Assembly: GCA_017455975.1 (NCBI GenBank)
Contig: JAFTLK010000039.1
Span: forward strand, 6,379 to 70,378
Direction: 5' to 3'
Length of the DNA stretch: 64,000 bases
Source: Clostridia bacterium
GTDB taxonomy: Bacteria; Bacillota; Clostridia; Oscillospirales; CAG-272
Shown here piece by piece: positions 43,015-51,069 of this stretch. The notes under the pieces were generated by a model. It was not told the DNA's origin and ran no database searches. It worked only from the letters and a program-made list of their open reading frames with translations. Both the position numbers and the translations under genes were made by a program. Within the stretch, counting starts at the first letter, position 1. Each line of letters opens with the position of its first letter.

Positions 43015-43364
43015 TGTGGATTTGTGGAAAGTCGATTTTATCCCGGATTATCTGGATTTTTTTGCCTTGTCGTAACTGGAAAGCTGTGTTTTTACGCACC
43101 GGGAACCTGTTGGAAAGGCATTTGTTCTTCACATGGATTTTTTTGCTGTTCTGAAATCAGACGGATGTGTTGATAAGCTTGGGAAAATCCCGGAAAACCA
43201 CCTGTCAGGATCTTGAAAATTTGTGGAAAACAAAATGCCCGGGTGTTGAATGTGTTGGAATTATTTTTCCACAGGCTGTGTGTAATTCTGTGGAAAACAA
43301 ATCGTACTTTTGCGTTTTTTGCTTGAAAACATCTGACGGCACAGGAAAAATCAGGTGTGGAAAA
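43015..43364. promoter_or_regulatory. DnaA-box cluster
   Basis: Matches to TGTGGATAA / TTATCCACA: 43015-23 TGTGGATTT, 43023-31 TGTGGAAAG, 43168-76 TGTTGATAA, 43222-30 TGTGGAAAA, 43265-73 TTTTCCACA (opposite orientation), 43289-97 TGTGGAAAA, 43356-64 TGTGGAAAA. Weaker sites lie at 43367-75, 43388-96 and 43430-38. Confidence 0.8.
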
Positions 43365-43442
43365 GATGTGAAAAACGCTCTGAAAGCTGTTGAAAAGGGA
43401 GATGTTTTTCCCAAAAATTCCTTGTAAGCTGTTGAAAAGCTG

Positions 43443-44975
43443 TTATTGATTGGTAATTTCCTTGATCAGATCGTCGATGTCATTTTCAAGCGATGCATCC
43501 TCACGGATCTTTGCCTGGATAGTTTCGACGGAAGAAAGGATCGTTGTATGGTCACGGTTAAAGACGCGGCCGAGGGACGGCAGGGAAAGATCCGTGACGT
43601 TGCGCATGATGTATATGCTGACGTGACGCGCCTGTGCAATCTCTCTTGTTCTGCGCTTTCCCCGGATGTCCTCGATTGTGACGCCGTATTTGCGGGCGAC
43701 CGCATTGAGGATCTTGTCCTGCGTGACCTTGACCGGTTCCGCACCCGATATGACATCCGCGATGTTCTCGCGTGCCATATCGATGGTGATCGGGCGCTTT
43801 GCAAGGTTGGAATATGCGCCGAGACGGCGGATGACGCCCTCCAGCTGACGGATGTTGCTGCGCAGGTTTTCACCGAGGAAGTTGAGCACATCGATCGGTA
43901 CTTCAACCCCCATATCGAGTGCTTTCTTGCGGAGGATGGCGATACGCAGCTCCAGATCCGGCGGCTGAATATCGGCGATCAAGCCCCATTCAAAGCGGCT
44001 CTTGAGACGGTCCTCGAGTGTCTTGATTTCTTTTGGCGGACGGTCGGAGGTCAGAATGATCTGTTTCTTTGCCTCGTACAGCTCGTTGAACGTGTTAAAG
44101 AATTCTTCCTGTGTTGATGTCTTACCTGCAATGAATTGGACGTCATCGATGAGGAATACGTCTGCCTGACGGTATTTTGCGCGGAACTGTGCCATGTACT
44201 GCGGAGAGATGGACAGCGATTCGATCAGTTGGTTGGTAAAAGTCTCACCCTTGACATAGACGATATTTGCGTCCGGCTTGTTTTCGCGGATGCGGTTGGT
44301 GATTGCGTAAAGCAGATGCGTTTTGCCAAGACCGGAGGGCCCGTGAATGAACAGGGGGTTATAAGCGATGGCGGGAGAATTTGCGACCGCGATGCAGGCT
44401 GCGTGGGCAAATTTATTGGAGCTGCCGACAATGAAGTTGTCGAATGTATAATCGCTGTTCTGGAACGGTTCTGTTTGCGAAAGGGAGAGGTGTGCATTTT
44501 GCTCCTGCGCGGTGCGCGATTCGGCGGATGCCGGTGCCGCTTCGCGGTTGGTTTGGGGCGCGGCGGTTTCTGCGGTTTTGGGTGTATTGGCTGTGGGGGA
44601 GGCAGATGAGGTATCGACGGTCGTTTCTGCCGGGGCATCGTTTTCGGCGGCGTATTTTGCGCACAGGACCTCGCCTGTCATGCCCATGCCGACATCGTGC
44701 TGCAGCTGTGCACGGTCGATGACGGCTGTTTCGTCAGAGAGGATACAGACCTCAACGGGAAAGCCGAGCGCACTTTCAAAGGTTTGTTCCAGTGTTTCTT
44801 TATAGCGGTTGATGATGATCTTTTTCTTGATATTGCTTTCCGCGATGATCACGGCTGTGGTGTCGCTGAATGCGGCGAGCTCCAGCGGATTGAACCACAG
44901 ATTCATGATGGTAGAGGTGAACTGTTCCGAGAGCGCCTTTAGTACAGGCTCCCAGATGTCATGAAACTCCTGCAT
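43443..44975 (-). CDS. dnaA: chromosomal replication initiator protein DnaA (long Ala/Pro/Thr-rich domain II)
   Basis: 510 aa. AAA+ motifs (LFIHGPSGLGKTHLL, FLIDDVQF) and the C-terminal DNA-binding helix (REIAQARHVSIYIMR, GRVFNRDHTTI). Confidence 0.98.
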   Translation of the reverse strand: MQEFHDIWEPVLKALSEQFTSTIMNLWFNPLELAAFSDTTAVIIAESNIKKKIIINRYKETLEQTFESALGFPVEVCILSDETAVIDRAQLQHDVGMGMTGEVLCAKYAAENDAPAETTVDTSSASPTANTPKTAETAAPQTNREAAPASAESRTAQEQNAHLSLSQTEPFQNSDYTFDNFIVGSSNKFAHAACIAVANSPAIAYNPLFIHGPSGLGKTHLLYAITNRIRENKPDANIVYVKGETFTNQLIESLSISPQYMAQFRAKYRQADVFLIDDVQFIAGKTSTQEEFFNTFNELYEAKKQIILTSDRPPKEIKTLEDRLKSRFEWGLIADIQPPDLELRIAILRKKALDMGVEVPIDVLNFLGENLRSNIRQLEGVIRRLGAYSNLAKRPITIDMARENIADVISGAEPVKVTQDKILNAVARKYGVTIEDIRGKRRTREIAQARHVSIYIMRNVTDLSLPSLGRVFNRDHTTILSSVETIQAKIREDASLENDIDDLIKEITNQ

Positions 44976-45023
44976 GTGACATCTCCTTTTGTTGACTTCT
45001 TAATTATAATATACCTATGATAT

Positions 45024-45052
45024 ATTATACCACAAACCGCGTGATTTTTCAA
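45024..45052 (-). promoter_or_regulatory. candidate sigma-A promoter of dnaA (extended -10)
   Basis: On the minus strand: TTGAAA (45047-52), a 17-nt spacer ending in TGG, then TATAAT (45024-29). Confidence 0.55.
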
Positions 45053-45070
45053 GGAAAATCGCAAAATAAT

Positions 45071-45136
45071 CAAAGAAAAAACAAGACAAAAAACGCCGTG
45101 AAAACACCCTTTTTACAGGCATTTTCACGGCGTTTC
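45071..45136 (-). terminator. intrinsic terminator of lexA
   Basis: 14-bp stem: AAACGCCGTGAAAA (45091-104) pairs with TTTTCACGGCGTTT (45123-136). On the minus strand it is followed by TTTTGTCTTGTTTTTTCTTTG. Confidence 0.8.
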
Positions 45137-45147
45137 GTATGCTGTTG

Positions 45148-45753
45148 TCAGTTGTAGTTTCTGTAGCAGGAAATGACCTTGCCGAGCAGGATGACTTCCT
45201 CGACGAGGATGGGATCCATTGTGCTGTTGCGCGGCTGGAGACGGTAATGTCCCTCTTCCTTGTAGAATTCCTTGCATGTGGCCTCGTCGCCGACGAGTGC
45301 GATGACGATATCGCCGTTGCGTGCGTAAGAGGTGCGTTCGACGATGACGGTATCCCCGTTCATGATGCCGGCTTCGATCATGCTCTCACCCTTGATGATA
45401 AGTGCGAACAGATTGTCGATGTTGTAGCGTCTCTTGTTGACGTGGTAATCGACATACCCCTCAAAGTTTTCGGTTGCGAGGATCGGCTGACCTGCTGCCA
45501 CGCGGCCGAGCAGCGGAATGTGATCGGCGGTGTCATGCTCTGCCTTTTCAATGCGGAGCGTTCTGGACTTGCCGGATTCCTTCTGAATATAACCCTTTGC
45601 TTCGAGTCTGCCGATATAATGATGGACGGTCGAGGTGCTCTTCATATCGACGGCAGCGGCGATGTCACGGACGGATGGGGAATAGCCTTCGCGGCGGATG
45701 GTGTCTACGATATAATCATAAACCAGTTGTTCTTTTGGGGTTAATTTTTCCAT
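45148..45753 (-). CDS. lexA: SOS repressor LexA
   Basis: Winged-helix N-terminus (LTPKEQLVYDYIVDTIRREGYSPSVRDIA), AAGQPI cleavage region and S24 peptidase motifs (GESMIEAGI, KEF). ATG at 45753 with an AAAGGAG RBS. Confidence 0.93.
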   Translation of the reverse strand: MEKLTPKEQLVYDYIVDTIRREGYSPSVRDIAAAVDMKSTSTVHHYIGRLEAKGYIQKESGKSRTLRIEKAEHDTADHIPLLGRVAAGQPILATENFEGYVDYHVNKRRYNIDNLFALIIKGESMIEAGIMNGDTVIVERTSYARNGDIVIALVGDEATCKEFYKEEGHYRLQPRNSTMDPILVEEVILLGKVISCYRNYN

Positions 45754-45822
45754 ATTGTACTCCTTTTGAAAGTGATTTGAGATGTTGGGAACGAAATGCA
45801 AACAAATTTTCTTTGTGTGTTT

Positions 45823-45851
45823 ATTATACCATATTCTTTCTGAAAATGCAA
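45823..45851 (-). promoter_or_regulatory. candidate sigma-A promoter of lexA (extended -10)
   Basis: On the minus strand: TTGCAT (45846-51), a 17-nt spacer ending in TGG, then TATAAT (45823-28). Confidence 0.5.
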
Positions 45852-45861
45852 ACCAATGTTC
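45850..45861 (-). promoter_or_regulatory. possible LexA operator overlapping the lexA -35
   Basis: The minus strand reads GAACATTGGTTT (GAAC-N4-GTTT), one mismatch from GAAC-N4-GTTC, overlapping the -35 by 2 nt. Confidence 0.35.
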
Positions 45862-46053
45862 CGATAAATATGTGAATAATTTGTAAATTTTAAGAGGTTT
45901 ATGTTCGGAAACGGATTTATGGGTTCATGAAAATGATGTATTGTATAGAAAACGGGAATGATTTTCCAACAACCTGTGGAAAACAATGAGACCGCTGCAA
46001 TTCTTCACAGCGGTCCCGGGTTATAAATATATTGGAGTGTCTGTTTGGGCGAA

Positions 46054-46974
46054 TCATGTACCCGCTGATGTGTCGTCTGCGGCTTCTTCTTCGCCGCCGA
46101 TATCACGGACCAGCACACCGTCCTTGAAGTTGCCCTCGACCGTGCGGCCGGAGGCAAAGCGATAAGTACCGGATCCGTTCATTTCGTTGTCCTCGAAGGT
46201 ACCGATGTACTCGTCGCCGTTGGCCCAGGTGTAAGTCCCCTGACCTGTGCGTGCATCGGCAACGAAAGAACCGGAGTAAACGTCACCGTTGGCAAAACGG
46301 TAAGTGCCGGTGCCGTCCTTCAGCTCGTTTTTATATTCTCCCGTATAGGAGGAGCCGTCGCTCCAGAGATAGACGCCCCAGCCCTCTTTTTTGTCATTGA
46401 CGAAATCACCGGTATACGTGCTCTTATCAAACCAGGTGTACACACCCTGTCCGTTCTTCATGCCGTCTGCGAACGAACCTTCATAGGTATCGCCGTTGGC
46501 GTAGGAGAATTTGCCCTCGCCGGAAATCACGCCGTCGACGAATGTGCCCTCGTAGACATCGCCCGTGTTGTATTCAAGCTTGCCCTTGCCGTCCATGCGC
46601 AGGGAGGTGCTGAGCGAGCCTGTATAAACATCACCGTTGGAGAATGTGACCTTGTTGTTGAGCATATCGACGGTCGCTGTCGTGCCGTCGGAGTAGTAAA
46701 GCTCACCCTTATACGGGCTGCCCTCACTGTCGACCGTGCCGAAGAACTTGACGTAACCGCCGATCTCGGTGTTCAGCTTGATATAGCGCAGACCGGAGGC
46801 ATAGATTGCGGCAAAGACCAGAATGACACAGATGAGTGCCGCAATGAAGGTGATAAACAGAATTTGTGCGGTGCTTAAATGCTTTTTGGGGCGTTTCCGC
46901 CGCGGTGTCATCGGTACACCGTCTTCCGGAAGCTCCACTTCATAAGATGCGCCCATGTATGGAAACCTGACCAT
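46054..46974 (-). CDS. membrane-anchored MORN-repeat protein
   Basis: 306 aa. Basic N-terminus, a TM helix (ILFITFIAALICVILVFAAIY), then about 8 repeats of the type YxGxFxxGxxxGxGxY. Confidence 0.8.
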   Translation of the reverse strand: MVRFPYMGASYEVELPEDGVPMTPRRKRPKKHLSTAQILFITFIAALICVILVFAAIYASGLRYIKLNTEIGGYVKFFGTVDSEGSPYKGELYYSDGTTATVDMLNNKVTFSNGDVYTGSLSTSLRMDGKGKLEYNTGDVYEGTFVDGVISGEGKFSYANGDTYEGSFADGMKNGQGVYTWFDKSTYTGDFVNDKKEGWGVYLWSDGSSYTGEYKNELKDGTGTYRFANGDVYSGSFVADARTGQGTYTWANGDEYIGTFEDNEMNGSGTYRFASGRTVEGNFKDGVLVRDIGGEEEAADDTSAGT

Positions 46975-47014
46975 CGGCGAAGCGATGGATTCCTTTCTTT
47001 GGGATTTTGGAAAA

Positions 47015-47521
47015 TCAGAGCGATGAGATGAAATTCGATGCCATGGAAATCAGATCCGGCACGATAAAGGAGGAAATATATGCAACGATTGCGAACACAA
47101 CAATGGAAAGCAGAACCATCCACATGTTGGCATCCTCCGAGGTTTTTGCTGAATACATTTCCTCGGCGCGCAGACGTTCCTTGGGATTGATGTAAAGCGG
47201 AATGTCGGACAAGGATATCTTCTTTCCGTTTTCGTCCGTTTTCGGCATATCCACCATGCACACGATACGCTGGAATGCGACATTGCGCGTGATGTTCATG
47301 CGGACAAAGATGTTGAGATCCTGCTCAGCCTCGCGCAGCGTTTTGGCTGTTTCCGGTGAAAATGCTTCCTCGGTCAGCAGATACCGTACCAGTGCACCGA
47401 TGGTACGGCGATGGTAGACGGTCGCAAAACCGGCAAGACATGCGCCGACAAACAGCGCGAAGATGATGAGATTCAGAGAGCCAAGCTGTGTGTCCGTAAA
47501 GAGATCAAGGATCAGATCCAT
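47015..47521 (-). CDS. small membrane protein, function unknown
   Basis: Hydrophobic helices at both ends. The ATG at 47521 follows AGGAG at an 8-nt spacing (the ORF track starts two codons earlier at a TTG). Confidence 0.5.
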   Translation of the reverse strand: MDLILDLFTDTQLGSLNLIIFALFVGACLAGFATVYHRRTIGALVRYLLTEEAFSPETAKTLREAEQDLNIFVRMNITRNVAFQRIVCMVDMPKTDENGKKISLSDIPLYINPKERLRAEEMYSAKTSEDANMWMVLLSIVVFAIVAYISSFIVPDLISMASNFISSL

Positions 47522-47557
47522 AGTCAAAGCTCCTTTCTAATAGTGGCCTCCTTCTTT

Positions 47558-47667
47558 GAGGGAGGTGTCATCCGCTGAAAGCGGATGACGGAAGGAGTAA
47601 AGGGCTGATCTTTTTATAGTGTCGATCTGATTTTACTCCCTCAGTCACCTTCGGTGACAGCTCCCTC
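47558..47667. repeat. 110-bp composite inverted repeat (two ~45-nt hairpin-containing arms in opposite orientation)
   Basis: Arm A (47558-47601) is GAGGGAG-G-TGTCA-[TCCGC TGAAA GCGGA]-TGAC-G-GAAGGAGTAAA. The reverse complement of arm B (47632-47667) is GAGGGAG-C-TGTCA-[CC GAAG G]-TGAC-T-GAGGGAGTAAA. Confidence 0.75.
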
Positions 47668-47713
47668 GCGCGTATCAACATACGGTTGAAACAGGGAGCC
47701 TGTTTGTGATTTC

Positions 47714-49009
47714 TTACTTCAGCAATTCCTTGCCGCCCATGTACGGACGGAGTGCTGCGGGAATCCTGACGGTGCCGTCTGCCTGCAGGTTGTTTTCAAG
47801 GAACGCAATCAGCATACGGGGCGGTGCGACAACGGTGTTGTTGAGTGTGTGCGGCAGATACATCTTGCCGTCGGCGCCCTTGACGCGCATCTTGAGGCGG
47901 CGTGCCTGTGCGTCACCCATGTTGGTGCAGGAGCAAACCTCAAAGTACTTCTGCTGTCTGGGGCTCCATGCCTCGATGTCGCAGGACTTGACCTTCAGGT
48001 CGGCAAGGTCACCGGAGCAGCATTCCAGCTGTCTGACGGGAATGTCGAGTGAACGGAACAGCTCGACGGAATATCTCCACATCTTTTCATACCAGTCCAT
48101 GGAATCCTCGGGTTTGCAGATGACGATCATTTCCTGTTTTTCAAACTGGTGGATACGGTAAACGCCGCGTTCTTCGATGCCGTGTGCGCCCTTTTCCTTA
48201 CGGAAGCAGGGAGAATAGGAGGTCAGCGTGTGGGGCAGGGATTCCTCGGGGATGATCTGGTCAATGTACTTGCCGATCATGGAATGCTCGGAGGTACCGA
48301 TCAGATAGAGGTCCTCACCCTCGATCTTGTACATCATCGCGTCCATATCGGTCTGGCTCATAACGCCTTCAACGACGTTGCCGTGGATCATGAACGGCGG
48401 GATGCAGAACGTAAAGCCCTTGTCGATCATGAAGTCGCGCGCATATGCAAGGACTGCTTCATGCAGACGTGCGATGTCGCCCATCAGATAGTAGAAGCCG
48501 TTGCCGGAAACACGTCCTGCGGCATCCATGTCAATGCCGTTGAACTTTTCCATGATCTCGGTGTGGTAGGGAATTTCAAAATCGGGAGTCACGGGTTCGC
48601 CGAAGCGTTCCAGTTCCACGTTTGCGGAGTCGTCCGGACCGATCGGGACACTGGGATCGATGATGTTCGGGATGACCATCATGATGGAGCGGATCTTTTC
48701 GGACAGCTCCTCTTCCTTTGCTTCCAGCTCTGCCAGACGGTCTGCATTGGCCTTGACCTGTGCCTTGACTGCTTCTGCTTCTGCGGCCTTGGACGGGTCC
48801 TTCTTTGCCTGACCCATCAGCATACCGATCTGCTTGGACAGTGCATTGCGGGATGCACGGAGCTCATTTGCCTCCTTGATGGAAGCGCGGTTTTCTTCGT
48901 CCAGCGCGATGACCTCGTCAACGAGCGGCAGCTTGTGATCCTGGAACTTGTTGCGGATGTTCTGTTTGACAATTTCGGGGTTCTCTCTTAAAAAGCGAAT
49001 ATCGATCAT
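47714..49009 (-). CDS. serS: seryl-tRNA synthetase
   Basis: 431 aa. N-terminal coiled-coil arm and class II motifs (FRKEKGAHG, GDAQARR). Confidence 0.97.
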   Translation of the reverse strand: MIDIRFLRENPEIVKQNIRNKFQDHKLPLVDEVIALDEENRASIKEANELRASRNALSKQIGMLMGQAKKDPSKAAEAEAVKAQVKANADRLAELEAKEEELSEKIRSIMMVIPNIIDPSVPIGPDDSANVELERFGEPVTPDFEIPYHTEIMEKFNGIDMDAAGRVSGNGFYYLMGDIARLHEAVLAYARDFMIDKGFTFCIPPFMIHGNVVEGVMSQTDMDAMMYKIEGEDLYLIGTSEHSMIGKYIDQIIPEESLPHTLTSYSPCFRKEKGAHGIEERGVYRIHQFEKQEMIVICKPEDSMDWYEKMWRYSVELFRSLDIPVRQLECCSGDLADLKVKSCDIEAWSPRQQKYFEVCSCTNMGDAQARRLKMRVKGADGKMYLPHTLNNTVVAPPRMLIAFLENNLQADGTVRIPAALRPYMGGKELLK

Positions 49010-49060
49010 GGTGTTTGGTCCCTTTCTGTGATTCCTTTATGTAAATGGTCTGATGGTGGA

Positions 49061-49987
49061 TCAGATGTTGTTTTCAAAAAATGTGTCGCCGCAGAGCAGC
49101 TTCAGAAGAGCCTCAAGATCCTCGCTGTTTTCATAAGAGATCTCGATCTTCTTCTGCTTTCCGTCCTGTGCATCGAGAATGCGGAATCTGCGTCCGAGGC
49201 TTGTGGTTACCCGCTGCTCCAGCGCACGCAGATAACTTTCTGCCATACGGGCGGTGTGATCTGCATCGGATTCATTGTTTTCGGCAGCCTGTGCGGCTTT
49301 GGCTTCAGCCTCTGCTTTTGCGGCCTCGTTGAGGGCTTTTGCGGCGGCTTCTGTTTCGCGTACGGACATGGAGCGATCGACGACGCGCTGTGCAAGCGCG
49401 AGCTTGTCTTCCTCTTTGATGAGGGAGAGGATGGCGCGCGCATGACCTGCGGACAGATCTCCGCCCGCGACCATTGTCACAACGGCTTCTGGCAGATCCA
49501 GCAGACGCAGGGAGTTTGCGACGGCGGAGCGGCTCTTGCCGATCTGACCGGCACATTCCTCCTGAGTCATATCGTAATCGTTGATGAGTGCACGGAATGC
49601 AAGTGCTTCTTCAATGGGGTTCAGATCCTCGCGCTGCAGATTCTCGATCAGCGCAAGCTCTGCCGCCTTTTTGTCATCCATGTCATAGATGATGGCGGGG
49701 ATTTCGATGAGGCCTGCCATTTTGGCGGCGCGCCAGCGGCGTTCACCGGCGATGATGCGGTAGAAGCCGCAATCGTTGGAACGCACGGCGATGGGCTGCA
49801 GCAGACCGTGGCGGGAAATGGAATCTGCCAGTTGTCCGAGCGCCTCATTGTCAAAGGTTTTTCTCGGCTGCAGGGGGTTCGGCTCGATGTCGGAGACACG
49901 CAGCATGGAAACGGAGCCGGTGTCCGGCGCATCGTTTTCAAGAAACAGCGAATCGAGCCCGCGTCCGAGGGAGTTCTTTTTGGCCAT
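49061..49987 (-). CDS. parB: chromosome partitioning protein ParB (Spo0J)
   Basis: 308 aa. IEPNPLQPRKTFDNEALGQLADSISRHGLLQPIAV and GERRWRAAKMAGL ParB boxes, then an HTH. Downstream of parA. Confidence 0.93.
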   Translation of the reverse strand: MAKKNSLGRGLDSLFLENDAPDTGSVSMLRVSDIEPNPLQPRKTFDNEALGQLADSISRHGLLQPIAVRSNDCGFYRIIAGERRWRAAKMAGLIEIPAIIYDMDDKKAAELALIENLQREDLNPIEEALAFRALINDYDMTQEECAGQIGKSRSAVANSLRLLDLPEAVVTMVAGGDLSAGHARAILSLIKEEDKLALAQRVVDRSMSVRETEAAAKALNEAAKAEAEAKAAQAAENNESDADHTARMAESYLRALEQRVTTSLGRRFRILDAQDGKQKKIEISYENSEDLEALLKLLCGDTFFENNI

Positions 49988-50113
49988 TGGGGTAATGATC
50001 CTTTCTGTATAATAAAGGTCAGGATCGCAAAAAATGCGCGCTGCAGAGCGGGACTTGCTCCCGTCGCTTGTGCAAGAGTGAAATATGCTTGATATGCTTG
50101 CAGCAAATTGCGG

Positions 50114-50881
50114 TCAGATCTTCTGCATCAGTTCCTTTGCGACCTCATGATAAAGAGCGGCGCCCTTGGAAAATTTGTCGTAATACCAGACGGGCTGACC
50201 GAAGCTCGGTGCTTCTGACAGCTTGACGTTGCGGGAGATTGCGGTACGGAACAGTTGTCCTGCATAATACTTTTTCAGCTCGTCCATAACCTGCGTTGAT
50301 AGGTTCAAACGACCGTTATACATGGTTATCAGAATGCCTGTGAGCTGCAGCTTCGGATTAAAGCGCTTTTTGATCTGTTTCACGCTCATCATCAGCTGTG
50401 TCAGACCTTCCAGCGAATAATATTCGCACTGCATCGGAACGACCAGACCGTCGGCAGCGACAAGCGCGTTGATGGTCAGAATACCGAGAGACGGCGGACA
50501 GTCGATGAGCACATAATCATATGCATCGAGCAGTGGCTCAATGGCGGTTTTCAGACGGGATTCGCGGTTGTCGGCCATGACAAGCTCAAATTCCGCGCCA
50601 GCCAAAGAAATATTGGCAGGCAGAACAGAGATGTTCCGGAATTCGGTGGTCTGTACGGCATCGCGTGCTTCGGTGCGCCCGATGAGGACATCGTATACGG
50701 TGCCGGCGGCAGTTTTTTTGCTGATGCCGAAGCCGGAGGTCGTATTGCCCTGCGGGTCTACGTCGATGACGAGAACGCGCTTATCGAGGACGCCGAGCGA
50801 TGCAGCGATGTTGACCACGGAGGTGGATTTGCCGACGCCGCCCTTCTGATTTGCGAATGTGACGACTTTTGCATTTGCCAT
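50114..50881 (-). CDS. parA: chromosome partitioning ATPase ParA (Soj)
   Basis: Deviant Walker A NQKGGVGKST directly after the ATG at 50881 (MANAKVVTFA). The longer ORF start at 51028 lies in the promoter region. Confidence 0.93.
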   Translation of the reverse strand: MANAKVVTFANQKGGVGKSTSVVNIAASLGVLDKRVLVIDVDPQGNTTSGFGISKKTAAGTVYDVLIGRTEARDAVQTTEFRNISVLPANISLAGAEFELVMADNRESRLKTAIEPLLDAYDYVLIDCPPSLGILTINALVAADGLVVPMQCEYYSLEGLTQLMMSVKQIKKRFNPKLQLTGILITMYNGRLNLSTQVMDELKKYYAGQLFRTAISRNVKLSEAPSFGQPVWYYDKFSKGAALYHEVAKELMQKI

Positions 50882-50977
50882 AACGGATGGGTTCCCGGAT
50901 AACGGCGGATGCGGTTCCGGGCGGCTCCTTTCTGTCGGTTGATGAAACCGAACGGAATCTGAAAACATATATATAAT

Positions 50978-51006
50978 ATTGTAACACGTTCGGACGTCTG
51001 TGTCAA
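50978..51006 (-). promoter_or_regulatory. candidate sigma-A promoter of parA-parB
   Basis: On the minus strand: TTGACA (51001-06), a 17-nt spacer, then TACAAT (50978-83). Confidence 0.55.
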
Positions 51007-51069
51007 GAAGTGCGGACAAAGAAATCACATTTCAGCGAAAAATTTACCGAATATTCGTAATTCGCTGTC

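Larger units (their letters stand above)
42798..43442. other. predicted chromosomal replication origin (oriC) in the dnaA-dnaN spacer
   Basis: 645-bp non-coding spacer between dnaA and dnaN. It holds at least 7 DnaA-box-like 9-mers, an A-centred triplet array and an AT/purine-rich tract (see sub-features). Confidence 0.8.

Noticed and set aside
42798-45147. A hand-estimated GC-skew switch at oriC.
   Set aside because: G versus C counts on about 11 sampled lines left and right of 43 kb gave mixed signs (gyrA lines C-rich, lepA lines slightly G-rich, serS about equal, one priA line G-rich). The sample is too small and noisy to use as evidence either way.
49010-49060. An expected T-box leader upstream of serS.
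   Set aside because: Only 51 nt separate the serS start from the parB stop, which is far too short for a T-box. serS appears to be read through from parB or to use a minimal promoter.
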